The notes below the pieces were generated by a model. That model was not told the DNA's origin. It searched no databases and was given only the letters and a program-made list of their open reading frames with translations. A stretch of 64,000 nucleotides of DNA from Ophelia neglecta (lineage: Eukaryota). A program made the translations under genes and the position numbers. Location of the stretch: the NCBI GenBank assembly GCA_965285935.1, contig OZ260662.1, positions 28,210,001-28,274,000 on the forward strand, in the 5' to 3' direction. Below, one piece after another: positions 38,701 to 53,600 of the stretch; the stretch's first letter is position 1, and each line of letters opens with the position of its first letter.

Positions 38701-41700
38701 AAACAACCATATGTGTAACCTACCGATGGATGATTATCAGATACCAATACTGGTTTGAATGGTATATATTGCGTTACCTTAAGGACTTTCAGGCCTACAT
38801 GAGATTGGATAGGGTACGAAAATATATACAGGAATACGTTAATACGCAAAATTATGCGGTTTTCCCGTATGCACAATGCGATTTTAAGACACTTACGCGT
38901 TCGCGTTATGTCTCTTTTATATGCATCACACTCTTCTTATGACGCCTTCCGACTATCCACGAGGCGCCATCCATGTATTCGGTACAGAAAAACCCCAACC
39001 AGAAATGAAACGGGTATTCTTCGATTATTCATGTTGTATAACGCATACTATGTGAAAGGAGTTAAGCCACGATAACTTGAATAACGGCTCCCGTCTATCT
39101 AGACCTGGCTCTATTTTTGAGTCATATTCATTTCAAAGTCGTTTTAAAAATCATAATAAGGCGTTAACTTTATCGACCGTACCTTTTGGGTAAATTCATT
39201 TTAACTAAATTTTGTCGAAACTTTGATAAGTGCTAGTTATTTTAATGGGTTCATCTGTTTGTTTGCAGTCTTTTGCACTTTCCTAATAACAAAACTATTG
39301 AATATTACCTACATATAATTAAAGTAATGCGTAAAAACATTACCATGCCACGTCATAACAATACATCATCTTCTTAAAACCCAAGAAAAGTGTAATTACG
39401 TGTTTTTGGTACTACACATAGTAAACACATATCACCTGCATCGCCTGCCTGTTGAGCGCAATCATAAAACCGAGAGTTTGTATGTTAGTCAAAGGGAAAA
39501 ACAGAATCATTCCTCTAGAATTTTGGACGCTTTCAAAGCAGTTGCTGTTGTTTTGTGAATCATGCAGAAACTGTTGGTGCCATATTGAAAATGTTAAATG
39601 TTTCGTTCATTTATGTTTTATCAAGTGTATTCTCGTCTACTTAAAGCTCATGAGTACATAAAATTGCAGGACGTTTGCATTCTCTTAAACCGGCACCTTA
39701 TGAATATGAATACATAAACATGTAATGTCAAATTAAATCATATTCCTTAGCGGACTGTTTGGAATAAATCAGTCAATATACAAGGAGAACAACTTCACCA
39801 ATATAACATTATTACACTTTTTGTCTTAGATCCTTTATTGAGTATTACATATTACATTGAACTCATGACGGTAAAACAATATCCTTATCAGCCTATTATG
39901 TACGTCCACCGACAGCTAATATATATAAATGCCCAAAATTATTTATATGACTCTCAAATAGACCTATTATCATTTAAATTATGTAGCGCACAAATAGAGA
40001 CGCAAGTTCTTTTATACATTTTAACATAACTATAATTTTCACTACAATTTTGGAAATAATTTTCTTGTCAATTTGAAAACACATACTCATAATAGCGAGG
40101 ATTGAACGTCTGTTAAAACAGTAGATAATTATCTACTGTTAATGCAAAGATGTATTAGAATACTGAAAACGGGTATATTAGAACTATTCGTGTAGTTTTT
40201 CATTAGATTAAAGTCAACAGTTTAAAAGATTACGCATTATGTGCAGTCCAATTTTGCAATTTAACTTCATCTCATTAATAAGTATTGTCAAGGACAACTT
40301 AACCGATTTATTTTTTATTTGTGCATTCAGGACAAAAGGTGTTTTTCAGTTTTGTGGCGATCCTGTCTTTACTACGCGGGGCGCATGGTGTCGTTCTTTC
40401 ATACACTGTCAACATATATCAAAGTGTATGTAAAGAATAAGATAAAGAAAGAGAGGAAAAAACCGACTGCTTTTGCATCATATATAGTGTCGAGAGAAAA
40501 AAGAAATAAAGAAATAAATAGCCCAGTCCTGGTATAAGTGTACGCTCTCATTTTCCCCGAACTTAAAATTTAACACGATGCTTTTTATATCTTCACTGCT
40601 TCTAAGAAGTAATTGGAAAATTAAATGACAATACAACAAGTTCCTTTTTTGCTTGTCTCTTTTTGGTTTTGTTTTCATAATAAACTTGTTTAACGCAGTC
40701 CTGATAAATACGCCATGGGTTTGGTATCAAGGTGTATAATAGTTACAAAATCATGAAGACTTGTGTCTATATTGTATAGAAAGAAGTCGGGCTTTTCTTT
40801 GATGTTCGAAGCAAAAATGAAAAGAATTTAAAACAGGCGCGTGCGCGAGTCGAACTCGCCACCGTCGGCATACCTTAAAGCTAATGCCCAAAGTAGGTAG
40901 ACGGGTTATGATCGCGGCTAATCAGAATACTGCATTTATTCAATGAGTATTATGAGAGAAGTAAGGGTGGTGATTGATTGGTGTGTATGGAAATAAGGGT
41001 GGGGTAGGGTTTGGGGAGAGGACCAAGGGTTTTATGTTATAAATGACCTCAAATTAAAGACAGTTGTCTCCTTATCATCCAGTGCGAGCGGGGCTGTGGC
41101 GGGGGGGGGGGGGTTGGGGTTGGGGTGGGGGAGGGGGAGGGGGAGAATAAAAGAGAAGATAAGAAGAAGAGAAGAGAAAACAGGCAGAGAAGGGGTGCCG
41201 GGAATTTATGGCGAAGGCTGGGTAGCATTGTTGAGTCAAATAAGGCAACATAATATTGGTCATAACTGCCTGTCTACAGTTTGAATTAAATGTTTGTTTT
41301 ATCTTTTCTGGCACCGCAAAATTCAAGGCAGCTATAGCTAGTAATGTCTTCAGCCTTGACCAAGCCATCGAAGCTTTTGTCTAGCCGAATATTATTACAT
41401 GTACCTCGTTTGTCTCAGGACGAAACACATGCTGAAGGTCTGGTAATATTGATTGGTTGCAGTGGAGTCCTCTGATGTTGTGATAGAGGAGTTTGCAGCA
41501 TACGATGTATTGTCTTACTGACATATAACTCCCTATCTTGGCTTTCTTTGACCACCGATGTTATTACACTGTATATGGGAGTTCCCTCCACAACTAGTTT
41601 TAATTTAAACACCATGTTTTGTATTGAATCTAGTCCATTTAGTTTTGTTATGTTCAAGCTGTCAAGCAACAAAGCAGTCCATTATCGATCCCTTCAGTGG

Positions 41701-44641
41701 AGCTCAGTCGACATCTCCCTGGTCTATCGTAGTCTTCTCTTCTAGTCTTGTGCCTGGTCTGCTAAGAACAATGACTACAACTGGTGGATGAGATTTCATT
41801 CTTTTGTCTCCTCGTCGTATATTTTGGAGTGGAACTGCTCTCAACTTTGTTGCTTAGTCGATCTCAGGTGTCCCGAAAATGGTTTAAGGCTATCCTTTTG
41901 GGTTCCATATCAAAGTTGAAGCCCATACTGGCAGTCCTTGGGTCGCATTGTGCCTCGTTCGGCCATGTCTGCAGACATGATATTTTCTGTCTACAATACT
42001 TTGGGATGAACGTCCTTAGTTTATTAAAATAGCTCAGTTTTCTTTTACTCTCTCTTGTCGGGCTAGGAAACGTTATACCTTGAAATTGACATTTTTGGTG
42101 TATTTGGCTCTGGACCAAGTCAGATATGAAGTGACATCCCTTGTTTAATATGTGACCTTTAATATAACAGGTCAAATCAATAACTCATATTCACAGCTTT
42201 TGTCTGAAATCAATGATAACTTCTATCGGATTCCATTGGTCATGTAGGTAAAATCATCGCAAGGCATGCAAATCATAGAATTGAATGTTTAAAATAAGAG
42301 CAAGTTATGAACGAACATTTTTGGACTACACAGATAGAATATATAGTCAGTAGCCTGGTGGTAAACAAACAATGACATTCCTAAACAAATATCTGAAATA
42401 GTTGCTGAAATCACTAGAACAATCGAAATACCAAGACAAAAGTTCATCAATAGCAGAATACATAAACTTGCTCATACTATAATGAGCTACTATTTCCCGC
42501 AGATCTGATCAGGGGGGTTATATATGCATCACCTTAACGTCTCGTAAATTGTAGAACTATTTCGGGCTCGAAGTACGACAAAATGAAAAAATAATACCAG
42601 CAGTTAATATAAAACTATTGACAATGAATGATAGATTGCTTTGTTTTTATTGCTATCATCATCTTTTCGCAACCTGAACGAACGATGTTTTTGTATAAGA
42701 ACTTTGTTTTAGCCCTAAAACAACTAATTTAGGCTGCCTCCCAGATATATCTGTAACATAGGCCGTTTAGTTTAAGCCTTACTGTGTTTCATACATCGTT
42801 GATAAGGATTCAAGGGAGTAAAATAATTTCGAAAACAAAATGCATTAATGAACGAGTTTTTGAGCTCGATGCTATCACCATAATGCGTGCGTGTGGTGCT
42901 AGGTACATCTTCATTCACACGTACAAGGAAAGTTTGCGTGATATTTCCTACTTTGACGGTTGCCAACATTTAACATTGCGGTCCAGGGAAGTTTTGCCCA
43001 TTTGGCAACCTTCCGTTAAGTTAGCTTTCTTATGGTCTTCGTTTAAATGGGATGTTTGTCAAAAATTACCAGTAGAACCGGCCTTACTTGAATCACCGTG
43101 CGTGACAAAAATAATATTCTCGTTAGTGTGGCCTGCCGTCGCTCGGTTGCGCGAAGCCCGAGACAGTTTGTGTTAGGACAGTGCCTGGACTATTTTGAAT
43201 CTTCCACCCCACTGGGACGTTTTTTTCACTGCGGGCTTCATGAACCATGGCGATGACCACCATGATTATAAATAATATCAAAAAGCATGTGAAAGGAGCA
43301 CAATACTATTTTTGTCATCTTGTAAGAAAACATTAATTTAGTTATGAATAATGTCGACCAATGTGACTCAAGCACCGATGAAAGTCAACCTGTGTATTGT
43401 GCAGTGGGCATGTATACTTCTTATCATAGGCCTATCATAATGGGCCTATAGGCCTACCATACATGGAAAGCAACGAACCATCTCGTCTCAGGCGTTTCTT
43501 AGAAATCTTATCCAGTTACGATTAAGAAAGGAAAGCCAAACAAATATTTATCTATCTTTTGCCAAATTATAGAAGTCAGATCATTTCGTACATAAATTAA
43601 ATCTTGCCAAATTTGAATGGCGTCTCTGTCATAATCATTGGTACACTACTTTGGTTTTACATGTTTATTAGTGAGTGTTCTATATTAGAATGAATATTTA
43701 TGATCTATAGTCTGCATTCTTTTCATAATTCTAAAGAGGTTTCTATTTCTAGCTATCTTGTGAATCGTAATTGGGAGAGTGCACTTATCTGGTCGAATGT
43801 ACTTGTAAATTTTCTGAATGAAGCAGTTGACAGTTTTTTTTTCTGATGTGTCGAGCGCCATGATTGGTTCCCACGTAGGCTTAGTATGACTCGCCAATTT
43901 TAGTCGACAGTTAATACGAACCAATCAAACGTTTTATTGTCCTCGTTTCCTTACGTCCTGTGGTACATTATTTTTTATCTGTATTCAGCCGTTTGTGTGG
44001 TATCTAAATCAGATCACCATATTATGTCAATCAGCAAAACACGGACAAAACTGCATGAGAAATTACGTGTCTGCCGCAACCGCGCAACCAGCGACTTGTG
44101 AAAGCTGGTAATTGTACGGCACGCTAGGGTCAGGACCTAACTCTATCCCATCATCTCTTCTGTTATTACGTATATTCGGCAAGAGAAAGTTTTAAACTCC
44201 TATTTCCTTCGCAACATACTGTCCCTTTAGAAAAGAGACAGAGGGGGTTTCGGGTCAATGCATTAACATTTCCTTTACTAATAGGGGAGTAAGTTCCGTC
44301 ACACAATCAAATCGGCCGATGCGCAAATTTTTCATCCAACCCCAGCCGCCGTGTTTCCACGCTTGTAATAAGTCCGCCAGCTGCAACGTCGCTGGAAGTG
44401 CATTTCTCTGCGGACTGTCATATTTTTATAAGTTGATGGCAGCCAATATAGAGGGACGGCACTTTTTTGAAAGCACGATTCGTACAAGAAGGTAGCCTTC
44501 AAATAGGACTTGACCTGGTCTAAAGGCCCTAGTTGCCGCGCGATTCGGCTTCACGAGGGAACGTGTGCGACAGGCCTTAGTTCAGTGGAAACAAAACAAG
44601 GAGTTCCTTCACCACCGTAATTAGTGGTGAATTGAATCAAA

Positions 44642-47600
44642 ATGCCTACTGAAGACAGGAGACGGCGGAAGGAGGTTATACCTCTCAGCACCCTCTTTCA
44701 GAAGGTAGGAATTTAGCGATTGAAATGTTCCAAGTCATTTTATCGAATGGCAAGCGTGTCATATAAATGAAAATACAAGTATATGGCGTTTACGAGGGCG
44801 TTATCAGTGAGAAGTACACCCTAGAGTTCTGGGGAGAATACATTGTTATAAATGGGCTGTTACTGTAGTGTGGCAAAGAAATCGATCACATTACAAAGTG
44901 GACTTAAGAGGTTTAGATATATACTATCAAGTTAACGTGTGTTTTCACTGGCAAAGTGTAATGATAGGTTGTAATCATGTAATGGAAGAGGCGTCCTCTG
45001 AGGTACTTCTATTCGCAATAAATTCTGTGCTTAATGTCCCGTGATTCCTTAAAAATCTGTATTCACATCAAAAAGATAAAGGACTAGACACGTCCACTAG
45101 GTTACGTACTATGTGGTCAAGAAAATGTCCTAAGCCCATTGACAAAACAAGTTGGCACGAGGTTTATGGTGTAATGTTATAATAATGACAACATTGCCGA
45201 AGCCCGGTAGTGTTTTATACCTATATATATCTGTGTGTGTGTGTTTTATAACCTAAAATCAACGTTCATAAGCGTGACATAACTTAAGTCGTTTGAGGAG
45301 TTGTAGGAGCTTGTAAGTGCGGTTCTCACGAGACGGGGAGTTTTGTTTGATAGTCATGTCGTCTGCAGTTGATGAACCCAGCATCGTGCACATGTGGGAA
45401 ACAATTAAACATTTCATATGTAGGTCTAGATGCGCCGAGCGTGTGAGACAATTTCCCGTCTACCCTTACAAAGATGCTGGTAGGCCTGCAGGTGTTAAAG
45501 TCACTTGATCTCAATTGAAGCTACAATATTTACGATATTGGTATGAAGGTTTTTTCCCCAAAAGCCTACAGCATGGAGCATTAACTATATTTTGTTACCA
45601 TGTGATCATTGAAACTAGTTGTACGACAAAATTGCAGCACACGGAGCGATTCTCTGAAGCTCGAGCCAAGGACCCAGAAGAGACGATGCCGATTTCCTTT
45701 CGAAAGAAATCCCAAAGCTCTCGCGATGATAAGAATGAAGAGATGCCCGGAGACGATGGGAGTGGACTGGGTATCTCCAATCTCGCCAAGATCTACTTCC
45801 AAACCGCAGCACCACCCTCCTACAGTCGAAAAGAGATCCGGCACCCGCTGTTAAAAGGGACTCAGGAATCTGACAAACAGGTAGGTTTACGTCCAAACTA
45901 ACTTACACCAAACGACTAAACCACAAAGAGATGACAAACAAACAAGCTATGTTGGAGTTGGGAGGCGTAGGTGTGTAACAAACACGACAAGGACTTGTTC
46001 ATTAACAGCTGCGGAAACGGGTCTTAGTGCAGCCGTTGTTTAAGGAAGACAAAAACAGTATCGTCTGTTTTTAAAATCTTTCCTCACGACGCGCTGTAAT
46101 GATCCTGAGACATTCTAGATGTGGTGTTCTAAACGTTGACACGCATGTCTAAATTAGGCTTTGTGCAATCCGGTTCGTTACCTTTATTTGCGACATGCAA
46201 TTATGTAGTGAAAAAGTTAGTTCCTTCGACCTCCCGAAAAGGTTAAACATTTTTGCCTTCTGTCATTCAGTGTGTAATTACAACTTCCATGCAAGTTGCC
46301 CGACTGTGGCAAAGACTTATTAGATGAAGCTACAGCAAGTCCCATCAGGCAGCCATTATTTACTTGATATACCCGGTGTAACAGTTTTAGGAGTCCCCTG
46401 GTCGGACCCCCCCCCCCCCCCCCCCGGACTACATACCCCAACCCAAACCCGGGAGTCCCCGTATATAGTATTCTAAGTCCGCCGGTCTAGAATTTATAGT
46501 ATATTTATGATCCGATCTTTAAATCCTATAGTAAAATACGTCCGCCGGTCCTAAAATACTGGCATATTTCATCCCAGGTTCTTATTACCCTAAGATTTTA
46601 GATTTTGTATAGGGGGGAGGGGGGGGGGGGGGTTTCAGTCGAGGGACCAATTAATGTTTATACATGAATTAGGCCCTTTATATAAAAGTAATAATTAACC
46701 TTAAACTCTTTGCTGTGTGTAGGCTCATTTTTTTGTCACCCTGAATGCAGTCACATGTACCACCATTGGAAATAGGCATGAAAGTATTTTCTATGTCCTT
46801 ATTGATATGCCTTATTTACTGCATAGAATTTTCCAAAGAAAAATGATTGAAAATGACTTCAAATGAAACATATAAGTATGACCGTAACGTTCAATGGCTA
46901 CCTGTAATGGCCTTATCATTCATATAATAGGTGAATGTTGACCAATCAGCGTGTTTCCTAGGTTAATAAACACTGTTAGTACCCCTCATGTTATCAATAT
47001 TGCAACAAACACCATTGTGGGTCCTGTCACTTTTCACCCGAATTAACCTTTTCGTTTATAACCATATCTATATTACCTTTGGTAATGTTCCGTTATTATT
47101 TTGAACTATATGCCGTTCAGGCCGAAGTTTAACCCCTGACTGTGTTGGCCTGTAGATTGTGGTGCAATGGTACGACAAACCCCGAGACTACGGGGCGCCT
47201 ATTTAGATATAGGATATCTATCATTTTACACAAGTTAAAATACAGATAGATTTATAACACGCATAGTCTCATTTTTAGATCTTGGCTTCGGTAAACAGTT
47301 TATCAATAATGCATGATTACGTTTCGATGAACAACACATTGTCTCTGCCATCGCATTGTCTTTACCACTTGTGAGATTGTCACATGAATTATTATTTAAA
47401 GGTGGCACTGAACATCAACAAAGTCATTTTAAAGTTCATGGGTGATTCTACGGACTACAGAGTGAATCAGACCAACCCCAACACTCAATCGGTATGTCAA
47501 TTACCTCCGTCTGTAATCATAATTACATCAGTAATAATAATAATCATAATAATAATCATAGTGTGTGACTGTTGACAATTATACAGCTACATGTTCTATT

Positions 47601-50600
47601 TTCAGTATAAATGTCCAACAGTACCATCTTATATATTATACATGCTTCAACTTTTTTTCTTTACACATCGTGCATGTGCATAAAGAATGTATTTAGTTTT
47701 GTTCATTGACTTCTTGGGCAGCATTAGTTTTTTCCGCATAAACAGTTCTTGCAGGTGGGGGTTGGACATAAGATTGTTTGTATGGGCCTGTTCTCTCAAT
47801 TAAAGAAGGCCTTTATTTATCGCGATAGAAAAAAACAATAAAAAAAGCCGCCATTTTGGATTTTTTCAAATCTGCCAGAACATAAAACCAATTGATAGAT
47901 GTTTCAGACAAACGGAGTGAACTTTACTGACCGCATTCCGAAGGTGTAACAATATAAAAGAAGTTGATTGGCACATCTGAAATTGTGATTTTTTGCATCC
48001 TTTTCATGTAGAATCTCGGGCCAGTGATGACTCGGCTATATCTGCAGCTGAGTGCTGGGTCTAGAGCCAATAAGTTGAGGTTAATGCCAAACATCGAGGA
48101 AGAACTGGTAAGTGTGAAGCCTGTGACTTAAATAGGATATAAAAAATGGCGGCACCTACCATGAGGCATTCTGGACGTAAGCCTATAAACAAGCAGCGAA
48201 ACGCCTGACCGTATTTGTGTTCATGTTTAGTACGGAATAACCAGAATTTTAACGCATCTTCTCTGCAAATACAAATCTGGGAATATTTATTGCACCTTTA
48301 TCAGCCCTTTTTGGCATGCTTCTCTATTTGACAACATCTCTGTCAGTCTATTTCACTTGTTAAACAAGTAACATAGGCTATAGACGCACACAGAATTCCT
48401 ATACACCAATACCAATTTACCTGCCGATAAATGACGTATTGCCTGAATAAAAAAGTTTTTAAATCCGCCCCCCCCCTCCCCCACTTTTTAACTGTTGTTT
48501 TCATAATGCTTGTGACAATGCTATTGCTGTCTTAATGTCACATGTACACCCCTCGATTATAGAATGAAGGGGAAGCTCCCACCAAAAAGCCCTCCAAGCC
48601 TCCGAGGGGAACTCTTCGCCGTCTTAGAGCGACTCTACATTCCAGGATGGGGCTGTTTCCTGAACAAGTCGCTGAATTTAATGAACAACCCATGGAAGGC
48701 ACCTTGGCGACGCCACTCGATCAAATTCACTATATCACAGGAAACGGTATACTGAGAACAAAACTCAGGTAGGGGAGCAGTGAAATAGGGGCAACATTTC
48801 TTAACAGTTGAAACTCAGTTAGACTGGTAAAGGTAGATAGAATACATGAAGACCTTTATTTCTGAATGATTTGTTTTAAAATGAGTCTCTAAGCATAACG
48901 GGTCATGCACAGGGGTCATGTGAAGTGAATAAAACAATAGGTCCCCAAGGTATATTTTGTCTAAAAACTGACTTAGAACAATCAAGAAAATAGCCAAATT
49001 GAACCACTAAATAGCCAATTTACGACTAATTTATCTCATCGTCACCGCATTTGGTATTAATTATTGAAATATAGCCTGGTGACCCTTTTATACCTCAAGT
49101 AATGATTAAGCGGCATCGTTAAATTATTTTTGTCAATTATGAACACAATTCGACAATTAAAAATTATTTCAGAAATACTTTTACTTAAATAGAGGGTCTA
49201 GAATGGCTTATTTGGGGTAACGACCCGTGAAAATCGCCCTATAAGGACTCATTTCAAAAAAAAAATTTCCCAATAAAAGTCTTCATATATTCTGTCTACC
49301 TTTAGAAGGCCAACTAAGTTTCAACTGTCCTAAATTTTTGCCCTTATTTCATGAAAACATTGTGAACTACTCCCTTTAAATACCCTTGTTTTTGGTGCTG
49401 TTCATGTAATAATTGAAAGTAGAGGCTTTCCTATATCCATATAGCGTCACCGTATCAGTTGACTTTTCAGAGATGAGATATACTGCCAGATCATCAAGCA
49501 GTTGATCGACAACTCCAACAAGTCGGGGCTGTCCCGGGGATGGCTTCTCTTGGCCCTGGTGGCCGGCTCCTTCGTGCCCTCCCCCGAGGTAGGCAGAAAC
49601 CCTTTCCAGACTTAGTCATCCAAATACATACTTAGACTGGAGGCATATTTTACTTGTTACCAAAAAAAACTATACTTTTAATTCTTTTCTAATATACAGT
49701 GAAACCTGACAACAAGGGACTACCAAGGGACTGGGAAATCTGTCCTCTTTTCTCAGTTTTCCTTTTTTCACAGGTTACTTTACATGCAAAGTATTACAAC
49801 TGTACTAAAAACAATGTCCTTAATAGTCAGTGTGTCCACAATTGCCAGGTGTCCTTTAGACCAGGTTTTACTGGAATTTTTATGAGATGTGACCGTAACT
49901 TTAGCTATATAGTTGCAATATGCTTCCATGCACCCGACAAAATATTGGATAGCTTGTGTGCATGACTACAACTAATCAAGTTTTGTCGGTGAAACGACGT
50001 TTTTGCACTTGAAGAATTCTGTCGAACTCTCGCTCAGTTCAGTTCATTTCGATGTTTATAGTCCATTAATATAGAAATTACTATAGGTTAGCGGTTAATA
50101 GTCACCCTTGACCGTTAAACTTCGATATCCCTCGACATCAGTAAACCACAGGAGAAACTTTTAGTGCTTAAAAGACAATAAACCCCGTTTGGTCTGCCAC
50201 ATAACTTTTTATGGTTATGTCGTGCATTATAAAGGATTTTATTTTTCCGTTGATAAACGGCCTGTTCTAACAAAAGTGGTGATTTTTGCGTTGTTTTGTC
50301 ATCCTCTCGACTTCAATGTACCATGATCAGCTTGGTAATGGTATTAGGAAATTACCTTTCACAGATATTTCCATACGTCATGCATTTTGTGAAGGAAGGC
50401 CCCGCCTACTACGCAACGAGTCTTCCGAAGCTTCTTGAACGAACGCAGAAAAACGGGACCAGATTCCAACCACCTGCATACATAGAACTAGAGGTTGTTT
50501 ACTAATTTGGCTATCCAACATAACAAATTATTTAAGGTGAAATAAACAATTGTTTAAACCTTTAAAGGTTTAAACCTTTGAGCTTGTATTCTTGTTCAAT

Positions 50601-53600
50601 TTTTTATATGCCAACCAGCTGCGTCCTGTGTCAAAATTGTGCTTCGTTGTAATTTCTATAATTTACCTGAACACAGGCAGCCCTACTGAAGAAGCCCGTG
50701 GAATTGACCGTGACCCTAATGGACGGGACTGACCACGCAGTGGCCATAGATTCGGCGATGACCTCCAAGGAACTATGTGAGAAACTCAGTCGTCTGATCG
50801 TCCTACATCAACATCAGGGCTTCGCAGTCTACATGGCATTTAACAACAAGATAGCCTCGCTCGGAGCTGGCTCCGACCACGTGCTCGACTCCGTCTCTCA
50901 GTGTGAGCAGACGTTCAGGGAGCAGGAGGGCGAGGGCAAGGAGGCGTATGCCAACTGGCGTCTCTTCTTCCGGAAGGAAGTGATTATACCGTGGGAGGAT
51001 GCGCAGGACGACTATGTCGCAATTAACCTGATATTCGCCCAGGTTGTGCGTGGTATAATCCTTGGAGAATTTTTGTGCGATACGGTCAGTTCACATATAA
51101 TGATCTCCTCCGTCAAAAAAAGACAACAGATAACTTATTTAATGTTTAGGATATAAACAATACTCCATGCAAAAGCCGATATTTCCTAAATAGACCATCT
51201 CTTCATTAGTGCACCTTTTGTTCATCATCCTTAACTATATATTTTGCAGGACACCGAGTTAGCTCTGGTGGCTGCCCAGCAGTACTATATCGAGTACGGC
51301 GGTAAAATCAGCGAGGAAGCGCTTCAGGCCGTGCTACCGTCCTATGTCCCCCCTGATAAACGAGAGAGTTCCCAGACCAACGATCCCCTGAAATACTGGC
51401 GAAAACTGGTCATTAAAATCTACAATAAGCTGTATGGAAGCAAAGACGACCAAGATCGACCTGACACACAACGGGTCAAGCTGGACATCGTTCGCTTTGC
51501 TAAGGGCAAGTGGCAACAAGAGTTTTCCCGCTTCTATGAGGCTACCAGGCTGGAGGGACCTACCTGGAACGACAATAACGTGATGGTAGGAGTGAGCGGT
51601 GGCGGTTTGGTCGTCATGTCAGCGGAAATGGTCAAACTCATGGATTTCACATACGCCGAGATATATCAGATCTCTGGGGAAAAGTTAGTCAACGCAAAGT
51701 TTTTTTTTAGCTGAAAGAATTAAAGGAAAACGCTTCTATCAAATCAATAGAATCCTTTAATCTTTTGAAAACCAGCAATCACGCCAAAGATGTTTGGCCT
51801 AGAAGTTCTCCCTGTTTAACAGAAATGAGTGTTTTTTTCTATTTGACGTGTTTCTGTTCTAACTTCAGAGAGACAGACGATGCCCCTGCCCACGTGGTCA
51901 CCTTCTTGTTGGCCACTGGCAAGCTCCTCAAGTTGGAGAGTGTGGATGCGGAGGAGATTCTACGGTCAGTGACCACTATGTTAGAGGGGCTGAGACAGAG
52001 ATCCCGCTGGGCCGTAGCCAGGCAAGATTACAGAGGTAACTAAAAAACCCCAAACCTTGTGTCTATTTTGTTCGCCATTTTCAAAGACTATTTACGATAG
52101 CTTCTTATTACTATTGATGTGTCCCTCTGCTGTGGGTACAATTCAGGAATTATTCTTGTCCGATGAGTTGCTTTCGAAGTCGGCATCTTAGAAGTTAGGT
52201 GATTCGTCCCGACTTCTTGATGGTGGTTTGTAATAAGGTCATATTTCATAAAAGAACAAAATCAAACAAACACCCGATAGCAGAGGCCCACTAGAGGTGT
52301 GCTTCCCCAGATGGAGTGTTGCCAAGTGCCATGGTGCATACCAGTAACCATAATGTTTGCGGATTGTGTTTCAATAACAAATATCGTGAGCCCGGCGGTA
52401 ACCTGATCAATGCATATATATCAGTCACTCCGAACAGGTCAAACCACAAACCAGCTGACTTTGTTGCGTGGGTGTGTGTGTGTGATGGGGGGTAAGGGGT
52501 GTTGGGTGGGGTGGGGGGACACAAACCTAGTATAGGCCCATTCTGTTCCGTACATCATTTACTGGGAAGCCAATGAATTTAAATGGTATCCTTCCCTTTC
52601 ACGACATTAACAGATTACTAATAAGGCCTACGGAGAGAACTCAGTTATGTGAATTATCGGGAGAAGTTATGCGTCGGTGTGTTTGTTGGATTTAGGGGGG
52701 GGGGGGGGGCGGCGGCAGGATCACACAGTAAGAAATGTCATCGCTTGTCCACAGGACAGGTAGCCATCACTGGCCATTTGCCAATTTTTTTTGTGACTGA
52801 AGATAGTGAAAGAAGCATTCCACAAGTGTTCAGGGATGCCCTAGCCCTCGAAATATATTTGAAGGGGCTCAAGACAGAAGCTTGAAAATTACTCTTTTTC
52901 AATGGCAAACCAAAATCATTTGCCTGGCCAAATCTCTTACATGTAAGAACAAATCGGAACCCCCCCCCCCCCTTGGGGTCCAGAACATGACCCCAAGCCT
53001 GTACCGGTGTGATTTAAAACCAGTTGCTTGCATTGCGCGGCTTGTGGCGTGCGGAGTGATTAAGAGCTAGAGCAGTATAATTTAGACAGGAAGAAGAGAA
53101 AGTGGGCTATCATTTTAAGGAGGTATCTGTGATTCGTGGCAGGTAACCCGATGCACGAGCCGGGGGTTGTAATGTCTGGTAAGGGGGGAGGGAGGGGGGG
53201 GGGGCTTCTGGCGCAAAACACCTTTTAGCCTGGATGTCTATACTATTTGCCCCTCCCCCTCAAAAAATGACAATGAACTTGCCTAAGCCGATTAAACCTG
53301 GTGGGAATTTTGATATCTGGGCCATATATTTTTAAATAGGCCTATACAGGCTTATGTACTACTAATAAGAAAGAATATCAAACCTTACATATCGGTATAT
53401 ATTTGGTTAATCTAAAATTTGGTACTGTTTTCTTAGGTAAATCAGCGGAGGAATTGACATTTAAAGAAGGAGATTTGGTGGTGCTTCAGCAGCGCGCCCG
53501 TGAAGCCGCCCTCACCGAACCTTTCTGCAAGGCACAGAACAAGAGGACCGGGCAGTTCGGTGAACTGGCCACAGACAAACTCTTCATAGTACCAACTGTG

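Noticed and set aside
41075-41368. Pro-rich/Gly-rich ORFs and a G-quadruplex-like tract
   Set aside because: These derive from poly-G and GA-rich low-complexity sequence; poly-G/C runs are common throughout the window.
41300-42175. Cluster of 60-100 aa ORFs with coding-like composition
   Set aside because: No recognisable motif and the frames are interrupted by stops. It may be a decayed transposon but I cannot assign it.
32700-44600. Myosin motor/IQ exons between the two MyTH4-FERM genes
   Set aside because: I saw no P-loop, switch I/II or IQ motifs in the ORF track or by eye. A full motor needs more than 2 kb of exons; very small exons could have been missed individually, but not a whole domain.
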